The notes: generated by a model from the sequence alone, not told the origin. Counted from the first letter of the stretch, positions 9,315 to 19,315 are shown. The stretch: 64,000 bases of DNA from Candidatus Bathyarchaeota archaeon (GCA_963828195.1 CAWHDT010000005.1:288001-352000), one strand, 5' to 3'. Numbers and translations are program-made.

Positions 9315-10088
9315 GTGATCGATGTGGCATTACTCTACGACGTTCAATCGCTTCTTGTGAGATATCTGACGAAGCTTGTTAGGAATCCTACCTTGCTAGC
9401 GACAAATATTGCAACGCCCTTGCTGATGCTCCTTCTCTTCTCGCAGTTGCTTACTAAGTTCAGCATCTTTCCGGGCGTCTCTGGGAACTACCTCGCCTAT
9501 CTGACGCCGGGGATCGTTATGTTAACTGCTATGATTAGTGCACCTCAGGGCGGGGTCTCGATTGCGAATGATTTGAATTCGGGGTTCCTCTCGAAGCTGA
9601 TGCTTACTCAGGTTAGTAGACCCGCAATTTTGCTGGGCAGATTATTAACGGATGCTTTTGTTGTTGTGGTTCAGTCATTAATTACAATTGTCGTTGCAAT
9701 TGCGTTGGGTGTGACTATCGTCACTGGGATTCCCGGAATTTTGCTTATCTTGGTAACCGCCGCATTCTTTGAGCTAGCCCTGTCAGGGATTTTCCTTGTG
9801 GTCGGGATGAAAAGTAGGAAAACCGAGACTATCTCCGCGATTTCGGGTGTGCTGTTCTTTCCTCTCATCTTTGTAAGCAGCGCCGTTTTTCCCACTTCCT
9901 TCTTCCCTGCCTGGGCGCAGACTGTCTCTAAGTATAACCCAGTGAGTTATGCTTCGGATGTGACGCGTGCGTTGGTTCAGGGCGGCTTAACTTGGAGCAC
10001 ATTATTGTCCGCATATGCAGCGATCGGGATAATCGCCCTTGTGACCTTCGCGGCGACATTATATCAGTTCAGAAAAGTCGTTAGCTGA
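9315..10088 (+). CDS. ABC-2 type transporter permease
   Basis: Six hydrophobic segments, YLTPG, NPVSYA; follows the ATPase. Confidence 0.9.
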   Translation: MIDVALLYDVQSLLVRYLTKLVRNPTLLATNIATPLLMLLLFSQLLTKFSIFPGVSGNYLAYLTPGIVMLTAMISAPQGGVSIANDLNSGFLSKLMLTQVSRPAILLGRLLTDAFVVVVQSLITIVVAIALGVTIVTGIPGILLILVTAAFFELALSGIFLVVGMKSRKTETISAISGVLFFPLIFVSSAVFPTSFFPAWAQTVSKYNPVSYASDVTRALVQGGLTWSTLLSAYAAIGIIALVTFAATLYQFRKVVS

Positions 10089-10130
10089 GAAAGAACAATT
10101 TCCATATCTCCACTTTTTTCTCAACGGATT

Positions 10131-10364
10131 CTAAACTGTGGTTTCCTTTTTGGCTTCAGTTTTCCGCACGATTAAATAGCCTTTCTCTATAAGCCAATGG
10201 TGAAACTGCCACGTCGTGTAGAGGCAGGCGCTGCCGCATTTTTGCTTGGTCTGCTCGTAAGCGACGGACGCTTCTGTTAGCTTGTTTAGCTCCGTCTGCA
10301 CGGGGCATTTTACGTCTTTGCAGAATTCTCTTCGCTGATACTCCACGTACCCTTCAAGAGTCAT
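10131..10364 (-). CDS. Small Cys/His-rich hypothetical protein
   Basis: FCKDVKCP...CGSAC...WQFHHWLIEKGY; possible metal binding. Confidence 0.75.
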   Translation of the reverse strand: MTLEGYVEYQRREFCKDVKCPVQTELNKLTEASVAYEQTKQKCGSACLYTTWQFHHWLIEKGYLIVRKTEAKKETTV

Positions 10365-10500
10365 CTTTCATCGGTGGCTTAGTCCCCATTTAGGCTTAAT
10401 AAGTCTTGTCCGAGAAGGGCTTCCGCTTTTTCCAAGTCCAATTAGCCTAACTGCAGACGTGTTGCATGCCCTTTTAAGTCTCGTTTTAAATTAACTGCAT

Positions 10501-11130
10501 ATGCCCAAACTTTATCTCTTAGGCGGAGAAAACGTCCTTAAAAGAAGTGCAAGAGAAGTAAACGAGAGCGCCTTCTTGGATGCAGGAGATTCCGCCTCCG
10601 TTTTGGTGTTTCCGTGGGCAAGAGCGTCATTCGACAAAAAATACCAGAAAAGAAAAACGCTGGTTGATTATTTTATCAGTCTTGGCGCCAGCGCCGTTAA
10701 CTTTGTTGAATATACTGACTCAAATGAAGCCATCGCGCAGAAAATGGCTGAGTCTAACTTGGTTTATTTGACGGGAGGCGGCGCCAGCATTCTGCTTGAA
10801 CGCCTCAAAAACGCGGGTGTTGACCGGTTGCTCGCCGAGTACGGCGGCGTAATTGTGGGAAGAAGTGCAGGAGCCTTGGCACTATGCCGAAGATGCATAG
10901 TCACCTGTCGCAGTAATTCAAAAATCAAAGTTATCGATGGACTTGGCCTTGCAGACCTGACGCTTAAAGCCCATTATAAATCTGAAAAAGACGCGGCTCT
11001 ACAGCGGCTGTCAATGCAAGGAAAAATTTATGCTTTGCCTTCAGGCTCCGCGCTTATTTACCGTAACGGTGCTTGCTCATTTATGGGCGAAGCCTATTTG
11101 TTTGAGGACGGCGTAAAACGACTGTTATAG
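10501..11130 (+). CDS. Peptidase S51 / class I GATase-like protein (PepE-like)
   Basis: YLLGG, VYLTGG, GRSAGA nucleophile elbow, KAHY. Confidence 0.85.
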   Translation: MPKLYLLGGENVLKRSAREVNESAFLDAGDSASVLVFPWARASFDKKYQKRKTLVDYFISLGASAVNFVEYTDSNEAIAQKMAESNLVYLTGGGASILLERLKNAGVDRLLAEYGGVIVGRSAGALALCRRCIVTCRSNSKIKVIDGLGLADLTLKAHYKSEKDAALQRLSMQGKIYALPSGSALIYRNGACSFMGEAYLFEDGVKRLL

Positions 11131-11310
11131 GCGCTCTCTTACTTTTTGTGTGAGCAGCCTGACAACTGCTTCCTTGTCTTTTTCTATAACCCGCCAGAGC
11201 CGCCTGTTGTCTGCTGACGCATCGTTTTTGTAGTTGTTTTTGATGCGCCATAAGCTCTTGTTTTCGATTTCCAGCTGCTCCATCAAGTTGTACGTATCAT
11301 TGTCAAGCAT
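11125..11310 (-). CDS. Small helical hypothetical protein (ferritin-like half fold)
   Basis: MLDNDTYNLMEQLEIENKSLWRIKNNYKNDA; ATG at 11310 chosen as likely start. Confidence 0.65.
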   Translation of the reverse strand: MLDNDTYNLMEQLEIENKSLWRIKNNYKNDASADNRRLWRVIEKDKEAVVRLLTQKVRERL

Positions 11311-11613
11311 GCCTTTTCCCAAGGCGCTTAACGTAAAAACTTGGCTTTTAGATTTATTTTTGACGCCACTTTCAAGTTCTAAACTCATTTTTTCACGTTC
11401 TCTTTCCGCAATTTTACATCCCATTTTTCATGTCGTCTTCGCCGGATACCGCTGAGGTGCTTTCCTGCTTCTCCAGCCAAGCTACCCCTAACGCGACAAT
11501 AGCCTGTTTGAACTAAATAGATTACATAAACTATAGAGGCTAATCACTTAAGCTTATGTGACTGGCAAAGGCTGACAACAAACTATTTTAAATTAATTAA
11601 AAGCTGAGGAAAA

Positions 11614-11838
11614 TTATTCTTTTCTTTTAAGAAACGACACGACTACAGTTACCAAGATAAGGATCAGCAGGGCAGCGCCAAAGATGATGAGTGGAATTCT
11701 GAATGCTGGCAGGTCATGCAGAACATTGGTTGTGGGCAGCCCGCCTAAATAAGCCGTTAAAAAAATGCCTACGAAGACGGCACCGACTCCTTCAAGCGAG
11801 AACAAAAGAGTATTTAGTTTTTTGGTGACTAAAGTCAA
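11614..11838 (-). CDS. Small two-TM membrane protein
   Basis: Two hydrophobic helices and a basic C-terminus; TTG start at 11838 assumed. Confidence 0.7.
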   Translation of the reverse strand: MTLVTKKLNTLLFSLEGVGAVFVGIFLTAYLGGLPTTNVLHDLPAFRIPLIIFGAALLILILVTVVVSFLKRKE

Positions 11839-12001
11839 AGGCAGGTCCTTCCTAACTTGGGTTATTGTTAAGTACAAATTTGTATTTAACATTAATCTTT
11901 TTTGCCCTATTAAGAAATTTTGTTGCTCGCCTTGGCGAGACTGCGCTAAATCCGAAAATATAATATACTCAATCCAACGAGTTTCTTACCTGAGTTGCAG
12001 A

Positions 12002-12973
12002 ATGACTGAAGAAAAATTCTACACGCCGCTAAAAATCGGGTTATTCATAGTTGTCCTATCGTATTTCCTATTCACTCTGCACGCAACCTTCACGCTTTCC
12101 TGGGTCGGCGAGTGGAACCGTTTAGGCGGACCAGGACATTTCTTATCTACCATATATTATGAAGACATTTCCGCTTTCGCTACACTTCTTTTCAGGTTCG
12201 CAGCCAGCATCATAGCTATTGCCGCTGTTATCTTTTATTTTGCCAAGAAGAACATTTCCAAGCATGCAGTTCACAGGATACTGCAGGTTGTTCTAATTTT
12301 TGAAGCGATTTATTGGCTGGGTCTTGTTACAACGAGCTATTTTGAAGTTCAAGGTTTGTTTTTTAGCAGAAGCTTTAGTCATCTTCCATTAATGTCGATT
12401 CTGAATTCTTTGGGAACAAATGTTTTGCCTAGCTTGATCGAGTCCATAGCTATTCCCATTGTCTTGTTTATTTTGGCTTACAAGTTGAACCCAAACAAAC
12501 CCTTGAAAGAAGCAATACAGTGGGGAGCAATTTCTGGAACAATTATTATTTTTGTGTTTTGGCTAACAAACACAAGCCTCTGGATCGAAGCCGTAGACCA
12601 AAAGGGAACAACATACCTAACGGCCCATCCCCAAAACCTCCTCAGCTACATCATAACTGCCTTCGGATTGCTTGCGCTCGGCATCTACGCAGCAGCATTC
12701 ACAGTGAAATCTAGAAAAGCGCAAAGTCTGGGGGAACTTGACCTGAAGGTTGTTGGCGGCATCCTCTTGGCTCTGGGCATGTATTTTCTGTGGAACTATT
12801 TAACGTGGATTTTCTTCGGAGGCAACTACGTGTGGAGCTACTGGTACGCTTGGTTTCTGGGTCACAACATGGATCTATGGATGCTTTCTCTGCCGCTGCT
12901 TGCAATCCCGCTGCTTTTCTCCGATAGGCTCGGTGACAAAACTGATTCTGCGCCGCAGACGCCGAAATCATAA
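12002..12973 (+). CDS. Multi-pass membrane protein
   Basis: About 8 TM segments; probable start MTEEKFY at 12002. Confidence 0.8.
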   Translation: MTEEKFYTPLKIGLFIVVLSYFLFTLHATFTLSWVGEWNRLGGPGHFLSTIYYEDISAFATLLFRFAASIIAIAAVIFYFAKKNISKHAVHRILQVVLIFEAIYWLGLVTTSYFEVQGLFFSRSFSHLPLMSILNSLGTNVLPSLIESIAIPIVLFILAYKLNPNKPLKEAIQWGAISGTIIIFVFWLTNTSLWIEAVDQKGTTYLTAHPQNLLSYIITAFGLLALGIYAAAFTVKSRKAQSLGELDLKVVGGILLALGMYFLWNYLTWIFFGGNYVWSYWYAWFLGHNMDLWMLSLPLLAIPLLFSDRLGDKTDSAPQTPKS

Positions 12974-13013
12974 ACCTTTAAAAGTGCAGAAACAACAAAC
13001 ATTTTGACTTCAA

Positions 13014-13685
13014 ATGCATAAACCAGCTTTGTTTGCTGTTGCCTTAACCGTGCTTGTCGCAGTATCTTTGATGTCTTCGGCAGCTTTTGCCAGTGTTCCC
13101 GTTGTAGTCAAGGATGGCGACTGGATAAAGTATCAAGTGGCGGAAACAGGCGATGTAGCTGCAGATTACCACATAACTTGGGCAAGTATGAACGTCACGA
13201 GTGTTCAAGGCGAAGCCATAAACGTAAGCGTTCTCACCGGGTACACAAACGGAACCATATATCCAGAACCCAACATCGATCTCAACCTGGCTACGGGCGC
13301 AATCGGTGATGGCTTCTTTGTCCCAACAAACATCAACGTGGGAGATCAATTCTACAGCGAATACGTTGGGAACATAACTATAACGAGTGTTTGGCAGCTG
13401 GAAATTGCAGGCGCACTTCGAACAGTGGTTTCAGCAACAGTCATCACAAACTCAACAAACCCAACCACCTATTACTGGGACAGGCAAACAGGCATTCTTG
13501 TAGGCGCAACCACTTTTTTTCCAGGGTTCACGCTTTTCACAAAAGCAAACGAAACCAACCTTTGGCAACCCCAAATTTTAGGTTTAAATCAAACCATCTT
13601 CTATACGCTCATAGGCGGAGCAATTGCGGTGGTGGCAGCCTTGTTGGGTTTAGCTGTGATTCTGCTTCGTCGCAGGAAAGGCTGA
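13014..13685 (+). CDS. Secreted, C-terminally anchored beta-rich protein
   Basis: Signal peptide, VKDGDWIKY, YYWDRQTGILV, C-terminal TM plus RRRK. Confidence 0.8.
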   Translation: MHKPALFAVALTVLVAVSLMSSAAFASVPVVVKDGDWIKYQVAETGDVAADYHITWASMNVTSVQGEAINVSVLTGYTNGTIYPEPNIDLNLATGAIGDGFFVPTNINVGDQFYSEYVGNITITSVWQLEIAGALRTVVSATVITNSTNPTTYYWDRQTGILVGATTFFPGFTLFTKANETNLWQPQILGLNQTIFYTLIGGAIAVVAALLGLAVILLRRRKG

Positions 13686-13784
13686 TAAAAACCTAATTTT
13701 TTGAAGTATTATTGTTTCAGAATAGTTTTTGAGGTTATTTTTTGTATTTCGAGTCTTCTGCCTAACCAATTATCCGCTGTAACA

Positions 13785-14453
13785 TCATAACGTACCTAAA
13801 TAAATACTCCAGCACTTCAGCGAAGCAACGATTATCCTGAAGTTGGCTCTAACTTTGCCGCCGATCCGCGGGTTACCGCGTCTAGGCGGAGGCTCATACA
13901 GCACTTCGCCAATTTTAAAGCCGCACTTTTTAGCAACAACCAACAATTCGCCACCAAAAGTTTCTCCACCCCTTAAGCTAAAAAGGGGAACTGTCTCTTT
14001 TTTGTAAACCCTAAAATTTGAGAAAAAATCTGACACACCGAAAACTTTTCCAAGAGTCTTAGACGCTAGCCGCTCCGAAAACCTCGGAACAGCTGTCCGC
14101 GACGCCACCACTAAATCATACTCGCTTAATTCACTAACCAGCCTTGGTATGCAATCTGGGCTGTTTTCAAGGTCAGCATCTATAGTAACTATTGCAGGGT
14201 ACTTGGCTAGTTTCATCCCATACAGCAACCCTTTGGTTTGTCCTTCCCGAACTTTAGAAACAGCAACGTCCGCGACAAGCCTCGCCGCCTCAAAGGTTCC
14301 ATCTGTTGAGCTGTCGTCAACAACTATGACTTCATGCGGAATATCCTTCAGCGCGGACCTGACCCTGCGGATTAACTCTTCAATGTTTTCTCTTTCGTTC
14401 CATGTAGTGGTAACCACAGACACACCCCCGACCAATCCGCCCAGCGTACTCAT
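13785..14453 (-). CDS. Glycosyltransferase family 2 (DPM1-like)
   Basis: VVTTTWNERENI, VVDDSSTDGT, TIDADL. Confidence 0.88.
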   Translation of the reverse strand: MSTLGGLVGGVSVVTTTWNERENIEELIRRVRSALKDIPHEVIVVDDSSTDGTFEAARLVADVAVSKVREGQTKGLLYGMKLAKYPAIVTIDADLENSPDCIPRLVSELSEYDLVVASRTAVPRFSERLASKTLGKVFGVSDFFSNFRVYKKETVPLFSLRGGETFGGELLVVAKKCGFKIGEVLYEPPPRRGNPRIGGKVRANFRIIVASLKCWSIYLGTL

Positions 14454-14549
14454 AAATAAGCCTAGCCAACCCACAACTAATAAGCCCATCCCCCTAAAAA
14501 GCAGCCTGGAAAACAACCCAAAGGCAGGCAGCTGAGCATGTTTTTTTGT

Positions 14550-14600
14550 TGATGCTGAGCGGTGGAACTTGAACCCACGAAGGCTTGCGCCAGATAATCT
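14550..14600 (-). pseudogene. Decayed tRNA-Leu 3' fragment (att-like relic C)
   Basis: Reverse complement TGGCGCAAGCCTTCGTGGGTTCAAGTTCCACCGCTCAGCATCA: variable arm, T arm, degenerate ACCA. Confidence 0.7.
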
Positions 14601-14949
14601 ATTTTTTTCTTTTGGCTAAATCTTTTTTTTGGCGTTAGGTCCACTGCATCGACGATCATTTCCCTGACGAGCGACCGTTTGCTAACTTTCTGAAATTCCT
14701 CGGGAGTATACATTAGCAAATCCAACTCTTCAACAAATGACCAATCATCCAGAAGCATCTTCCCACGCTCAAGAGTGTTCATGCCCCTGAAGCTTTTTGA
14801 AACAACTATCAAATCGACATCACTGCTTTTTTGTCTTTTTCGCTTCGCTGTTGACCCAAAAAGAAGAACCTTTTCAAGCTTTATTTTCGAATCCACATTC
14901 TTAGGAACTCCTCGATTTTATCCATCAGAGGTTTGTCATCGTCAAGCAC
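14601..14949 (-). pseudogene. Minimal nucleotidyltransferase (MNT), frameshifted near the 5' end
   Basis: LFGS...SDVDLIVV motif; N-terminal MLDDDKPLMDKIEEFLR (GTG 14949) lies in another frame; the ORF runs on through the tRNA relic. Confidence 0.75.
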
Positions 14950-15022
14950 GCTTTTTGTCATTCGACTCTGCATGCAGGAAGGTGTCGTGACTATTTTGAT
15001 TTTTCTATCTTGAAAACACTAT

Positions 15023-15080
15023 TGGTGTCAGAGGTGCGAGCTTGAACCTACGAAGGTCTGAGCCTGAGATACTTAATCCT
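15023..15080 (-). pseudogene. Decayed tRNA-Leu 3' fragment (att-like relic B)
   Basis: Reverse complement ...TTAAGTATCTCAGGCTCAGACCTTCGTAGGTTCAAGCTCGCACCTCTGACACCA. Confidence 0.65.
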
Positions 15081-15141
15081 CCTCCAAATTAAATCCGTTC
15101 CAAAGTGGTGTTTTTCAAAACACTGACTTCCATAATGAGGG

Positions 15142-15549
15142 TTAGCTGTTCAGTACACTAAGCATTTCATCAATAGTTAGGATTTTTATCCCTTTGAATT
15201 CTTTTAATGCAAGCAGGTGCCTGTCGCCTGAAACGATGTAGTCAGCTTTTCCATCATATGCTGTTCTAACAATAACGTCGTCATCAGGGTCTTCTTTGAC
15301 AGCTTTGAATCTGGATTTTATTTCTATTATTCTTTCAGCATTCCCTAAGGTGTTAAGAAAGATTGTTACATACTGTTCATTTGTGTACTTTGCTACTTTG
15401 GGATCTTCTATTACATCAAGAAACTCTTCGAGTATAACTTTGGATAAAACTAGCTGTTTATGCTTTATCAATTTATTGAAGAGGTCGCGCGGTTTTCCGG
15501 CTTTAATCATCGCTGAAACCAAAACATTGGTGTCAAGAACAACCTTCAT
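15142..15549 (-). CDS. PIN-domain toxin (VapC/TIGR00305-like)
   Basis: VVLDTNVLVSA, EDPDDD, ADYIVSGDRHLL. Confidence 0.92.
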   Translation of the reverse strand: MKVVLDTNVLVSAMIKAGKPRDLFNKLIKHKQLVLSKVILEEFLDVIEDPKVAKYTNEQYVTIFLNTLGNAERIIEIKSRFKAVKEDPDDDVIVRTAYDGKADYIVSGDRHLLALKEFKGIKILTIDEMLSVLNS

Positions 15550-15559
15550 TCTTTAATTG

Positions 15560-15850
15560 TCACTTTGAGCGTTTTTTTATTTGCCTGTGCTCATGGATTA
15601 TCTGGTTTATCTCGTCGTTTGAGAGTTCGCCATATTTTGCGATTCTTTCATCAACTCGTTTGTACATGGCTTCTATTTCTTTCGTCAGGTCAGGTTCTTC
15701 AAATTTTTTCAGAATTACTGAGTCGTTGCATTCGTAAACGAGAAATTTTGTTTTCGGTTTGAGGCCCATTCTGGACCTTATTTTTGCAGGTATGACGACT
15801 TGTCCTTTTTCGCTGAGAATCGTGAGTTCGGCTTTTTCGTTTTGAGCCAT
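15560..15850 (-). CDS. AbrB/MazE/SpoVT family antitoxin
   Basis: SEKGQVVIPAKIR motif; directly upstream of the PIN gene. Confidence 0.92.
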   Translation of the reverse strand: MAQNEKAELTILSEKGQVVIPAKIRSRMGLKPKTKFLVYECNDSVILKKFEEPDLTKEIEAMYKRVDERIAKYGELSNDEINQIIHEHRQIKKRSK

Positions 15851-15999
15851 CTGTAGCCCCCGAATAATATCTTACTTTCTTACATAAAAAGGTACTTCCA
15901 CCACAAACCATCAGCACGCTACCCATCAACGATGCCCACAAGATTCCAATTTATGCAAAGAATTGATCGTTTAACCAAAAAAAAAGACCACATATCTAA

Positions 16000-16049
16000 T
16001 GGTGCCCGAAGGGGGACTTGAACCCACAGATGCCTGCGACTAAGTCTTA
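16000..16049 (-). pseudogene. Decayed tRNA-Leu 3' fragment (att-like relic A)
   Basis: Reverse complement ...GCAGGCATCTGTGGGTTCAAGTCCCCCTTCGGGCACCA; no matching 5' half adjacent. Confidence 0.7.
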
Positions 16050-16129
16050 TCAACACAGGTCCATCGGGAGTTCAATTTTTTGTAGTGGAGCTTTTTTTCT
16101 GTTCTTTCTCGGTGTTGGATTAAGCCTCA

Positions 16130-16262
16130 AACTACTGGTACCCCTACCAGTTACTGGTGGTAGCGCCAGTTAACTGTCTTCAAAACCAAGACACGGTTGC
16201 TTAAGGCGCATTTACAGCCATCGGAACCGCAACTTTGTCTCGCCGCCAGCCCCGCCGGCCAT
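16130..16262. ncRNA. Candidate structured RNA (consecutive hairpins)
   Basis: ACTGGTA-cccc-TACCAGT, ACTGG-N8-CCAGT, TGTCTT-N7-AAGACA, GTTGC...GCAAC; no convincing ORF. Confidence 0.35.
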
Positions 16263-16445
16263 AGATAAGGGAAGGATACAATTTGCACTCGGCTCAGATA
16301 CGCCCGCAAAAACACGGCGTCAGACGCTGCAGACCGCTTATTTTTCCAATTTCGCCACAACCGTCCTCAAGCCGCGCCTATGTCTGCCAATCAACCCAAA
16401 GCCCAAAACACCAAAATAAAAAGTCAACTAAAAATCGCCGATCCC

Positions 16446-16641
16446 AAAGCGCAACCAAAAAATTCACGCGCCCATATCCGACAATAACTTCAACATGGAG
16501 TCAACAATGAAAGTCGCAACCCGCCCATCCCAAAGTCGCAAACCACAAACGCCCTCACACCCCAAACCAAAAAAACAACCCAAAACACAAAGACCCAAGG
16601 CGGAAAGTCGCAACTTACGCCAGCGCAAAAGTCGCAACTTT
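16446..16641 (+). repeat. Repeated motif AAAGTCGCAA(CTT) upstream of tuf
   Basis: Copies at 16510, 16532, 16604 and 16628; variant at 16446. Confidence 0.7.
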
Positions 16642-16743
16642 AATTTTTTTATGCACAAACAACAACGGAATCTTAAAATAATTGGAAGAACTGATGTGTT
16701 AACGAATTCATAAATTAGGGTAAGATTAATTGAGGATGAAAAA

Positions 16744-18048
16744 ATGAGCAAATCAGATAAACCCCACTTAAACATCATCATCATGGGGCACGTTGACGCG
16801 GGAAAATCCACAACAACAGGCCACTTACTTTACTTAGCAGGCGCAATTGACGAAAGAACAATCAAAGCCTTTGAAGAAGAAGCCGAAAAAATGGGCAAAG
16901 GCACCTTCAAATTCGCTTGGGTTCTAGACAACCTCAAAGAAGAACGAGAAAGAGGAGTAACCATCGACCTAAGGTTCCTACAATTCCAAACCAAAAAATA
17001 CAACTTCACAGTCATCGATGCGCCAGGACACAGAGACTTCGTCAAAAACATGATCACAGGCGCAAGCCAAGCAGACGCCGCCATACTCTTCGCCTCAGCC
17101 AAAAAAGGCGAGTTCGAAGCAGGCATCGGCGCAGGTGGACAAACACGAGAGCACGCTTTCTTAGCATTCACTTTAGGTATTCGCCAATTAATTGTTGCAG
17201 TTAACAAAATGGATGATATATCCGTTAATTACAGCAAAGAAAGGTATGAGGAGATAAAAGCAGAAGTTTCAAGAATGCTTCGAATGGTCGGCTTTAAAGT
17301 CGATAAAATCAACTTTATACCCGTTTCAGGCTGGACTGGCGAAAACTTAATCACGAAAACTCCAAAATTACCATGGTACGCTGGTCCAACCTTAATTGAG
17401 GGACTAGATCTGCTGGAAGTACCAGTTAAACCCACCAACAAACCTCTTCGCGTCCCAATTCAAGACGTATACAGCATCACAGGCATCGGCACCGTTCCAG
17501 TCGGCAGAGTTGAAACAGGCGTTCTGAAACCAGGCCAAACCTTAGTTTTCATGCCAAGCAACAAAGTAGGCGAACTCAAATCACTCGAAATGCACCACAC
17601 TGTAATCCCGTTTGCTGAACCAGGCGACAACATCGGCATGAACGTCAGAGGCATCGCAAAAACCGACATACACCGAGGAGACGTAGCAGGAACCACAGAA
17701 AATCCTCCGACAATAGCTAAAGAATTCATCGGCCAAATCATCGTGATTTATCACCCAACCGCAATAGCAGCAGGATACACACCGGTACTCCACTACCACA
17801 CTGGCCAAATCGCATGTCGATTCACCGAACTCATAAAGAAAATCGATCCGCGCACAGGTCAAGTAACTGAAGAACATCCAAGTTTCCTTAAAACAGGCGA
17901 CGCAGCTTGGGTAAGAATGGAACCACTGCATCCGATATCAGTCGAAGCCTACACTGACTTTCCAGAACTAGGACGATTCGCAGTTAGAGACATGGGCACA
18001 ACCGTTGCTGCAGGTGTCATCAAAGAAGTCACTAAAAAGGGACCATAA
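16744..18048 (+). CDS. tuf: Translation elongation factor EF-1alpha
   Basis: [46 protein letters not shown]. Confidence 0.98.
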   Translation: MSKSDKPHLNIIIMGHVDAGKSTTTGHLLYLAGAIDERTIKAFEEEAEKMGKGTFKFAWVLDNLKEERERGVTIDLRFLQFQTKKYNFTVIDAPGHRDFVKNMITGASQADAAILFASAKKGEFEAGIGAGGQTREHAFLAFTLGIRQLIVAVNKMDDISVNYSKERYEEIKAEVSRMLRMVGFKVDKINFIPVSGWTGENLITKTPKLPWYAGPTLIEGLDLLEVPVKPTNKPLRVPIQDVYSITGIGTVPVGRVETGVLKPGQTLVFMPSNKVGELKSLEMHHTVIPFAEPGDNIGMNVRGIAKTDIHRGDVAGTTENPPTIAKEFIGQIIVIYHPTAIAAGYTPVLHYHTGQIACRFTELIKKIDPRTGQVTEEHPSFLKTGDAAWVRMEPLHPISVEAYTDFPELGRFAVRDMGTTVAAGVIKEVTKKGP

Positions 18049-18589
18049 ACCCCCACCATTTTATTTTATTTAATTAATAAACCGTTTCTTTTTAAATTTT
18101 AATCATTGTATTTTAAATATTAATGGTGTAAACTATTCAATTTTTAATTTGTTTCGTTTAATTTTTGAAGGCTTTGTGGTTGTCACGTGACAGTCACAAG
18201 TGCATATATTGAATGGAAGGAGTGGCTTAGCTAAGGTGTGGGTAATGGATTGTCAAAATGAGAAATCCAGCATGCTCTTAAACAAGGATTTGGATGGGGC
18301 TAAAAAGGGATGCTTAAGCCACAAACTTAACCTCGCAATAGCGTTAAAAGATGTGCCGCTTGAAGTTAGGCGCAAAGAAGCAAAAAAACCATTATTCTTA
18401 ATCAGATACGAGTAAACATAATTAACACAGCAACCATTGGTTCGATCAAAAGTTTTCTTCTACATTCTTTTTTTATTGTAAAAGCTGAGTTTTTTAAAAA
18501 CAATTAATTTTATCTTTTTTAATCGCGAGTTTTTGGAAGCGCAACTAAAATAAACACGAGTTTACGGTTACGTAGTGCGAGTTGACTGC

Positions 18590-19315
18590 ATGTCAGGAAC
18601 TGAAACGTTGATTCCATTCATCGGCGACAAAAAACAGAAAGGTGAAGAACCCACTATAATCGTGGATAGTCGAGAGGCAAGCAGTGCAGAGAAGATTGTT
18701 AAAGGTTTGGTTGAGCGGGGAGTTAACGTGAAAACGCAGTTGCTGGATAAAGGCGACTACATCCTTTCTGACCAATGTGCGGTAGAGCGTAAAACCGTTA
18801 ACGATTTTGTTTATACCTTGACGCGGCGTTACCTTTTTGAGCAGCTTTTCGGGCTCAAAGAAGCCTATCCTAAAGCGCTTATCGTTCTTGAGGGATACAT
18901 GCCTATAATCTACAAGTACAGCAACATTCAACCAAGCGCAATTTGGGGCGCCATGTTTAATTTAGCAAAAAACGGCATATCCATAGTGAACACATCATCG
19001 CATAAAGAAACAGTTGATTTCCTCTACACCGCAGCTCGTCAGGAGCAAATCGTTGAGAAAAGAAGCGCCGTGGTGCATGCCTTCAAAAAATGTGAGACGC
19101 TGTCGGATTCGCAGGTGTATTTTGTTGCCAGCTTGCCCAATATTGGGCGGGAAAAGGCAACGGCTATATTGGATTCTTATCAGACGCCGATGAACGCGTT
19201 GATTAGCGTGGATGACTGGTCAAAAGCTGTAGATGGGTTAGGCCCAGTGATAACTAACAAGGTGAAAGAGGTTTTAAGCACCCCCTACAAGGACAAAACA
19301 TGTGTAGAACAGTAG
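18590..19315 (+). CDS. ERCC4/XPF nuclease, short form without helicase
   Basis: IVDSRE, GDY, ERK, C-terminal tandem HhH. Confidence 0.88.
   Translation: MSGTETLIPFIGDKKQKGEEPTIIVDSREASSAEKIVKGLVERGVNVKTQLLDKGDYILSDQCAVERKTVNDFVYTLTRRYLFEQLFGLKEAYPKALIVLEGYMPIIYKYSNIQPSAIWGAMFNLAKNGISIVNTSSHKETVDFLYTAARQEQIVEKRSAVVHAFKKCETLSDSQVYFVASLPNIGREKATAILDSYQTPMNALISVDDWSKAVDGLGPVITNKVKEVLSTPYKDKTCVEQ

Noticed and set aside
10390-10450. TTAGGCT...AGCCTAA inverted pair resembling DtxR half-sites
   Set aside because: The half-sites are about 45 bp apart, incompatible with the 14-bp dyad at 8289
11765-12001. N-terminal extension of the 402-aa ORF
   Set aside because: Overlaps the opposite-strand gene and promoter; the protein-like sequence starts at 12002
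16000-16262. Split or intron-containing tRNA, or tmRNA-like gene, joining the GC-rich 16260 end to relic A
   Set aside because: The putative 5' end does not pair with the TTCGGGC acceptor strand, and I see no D arm or BHB motif
16283-16811. Overlapping K/P/Q-rich ORFs upstream of tuf
   Set aside because: Low-complexity products of the C/A-skewed repeat region with no recognisable domain
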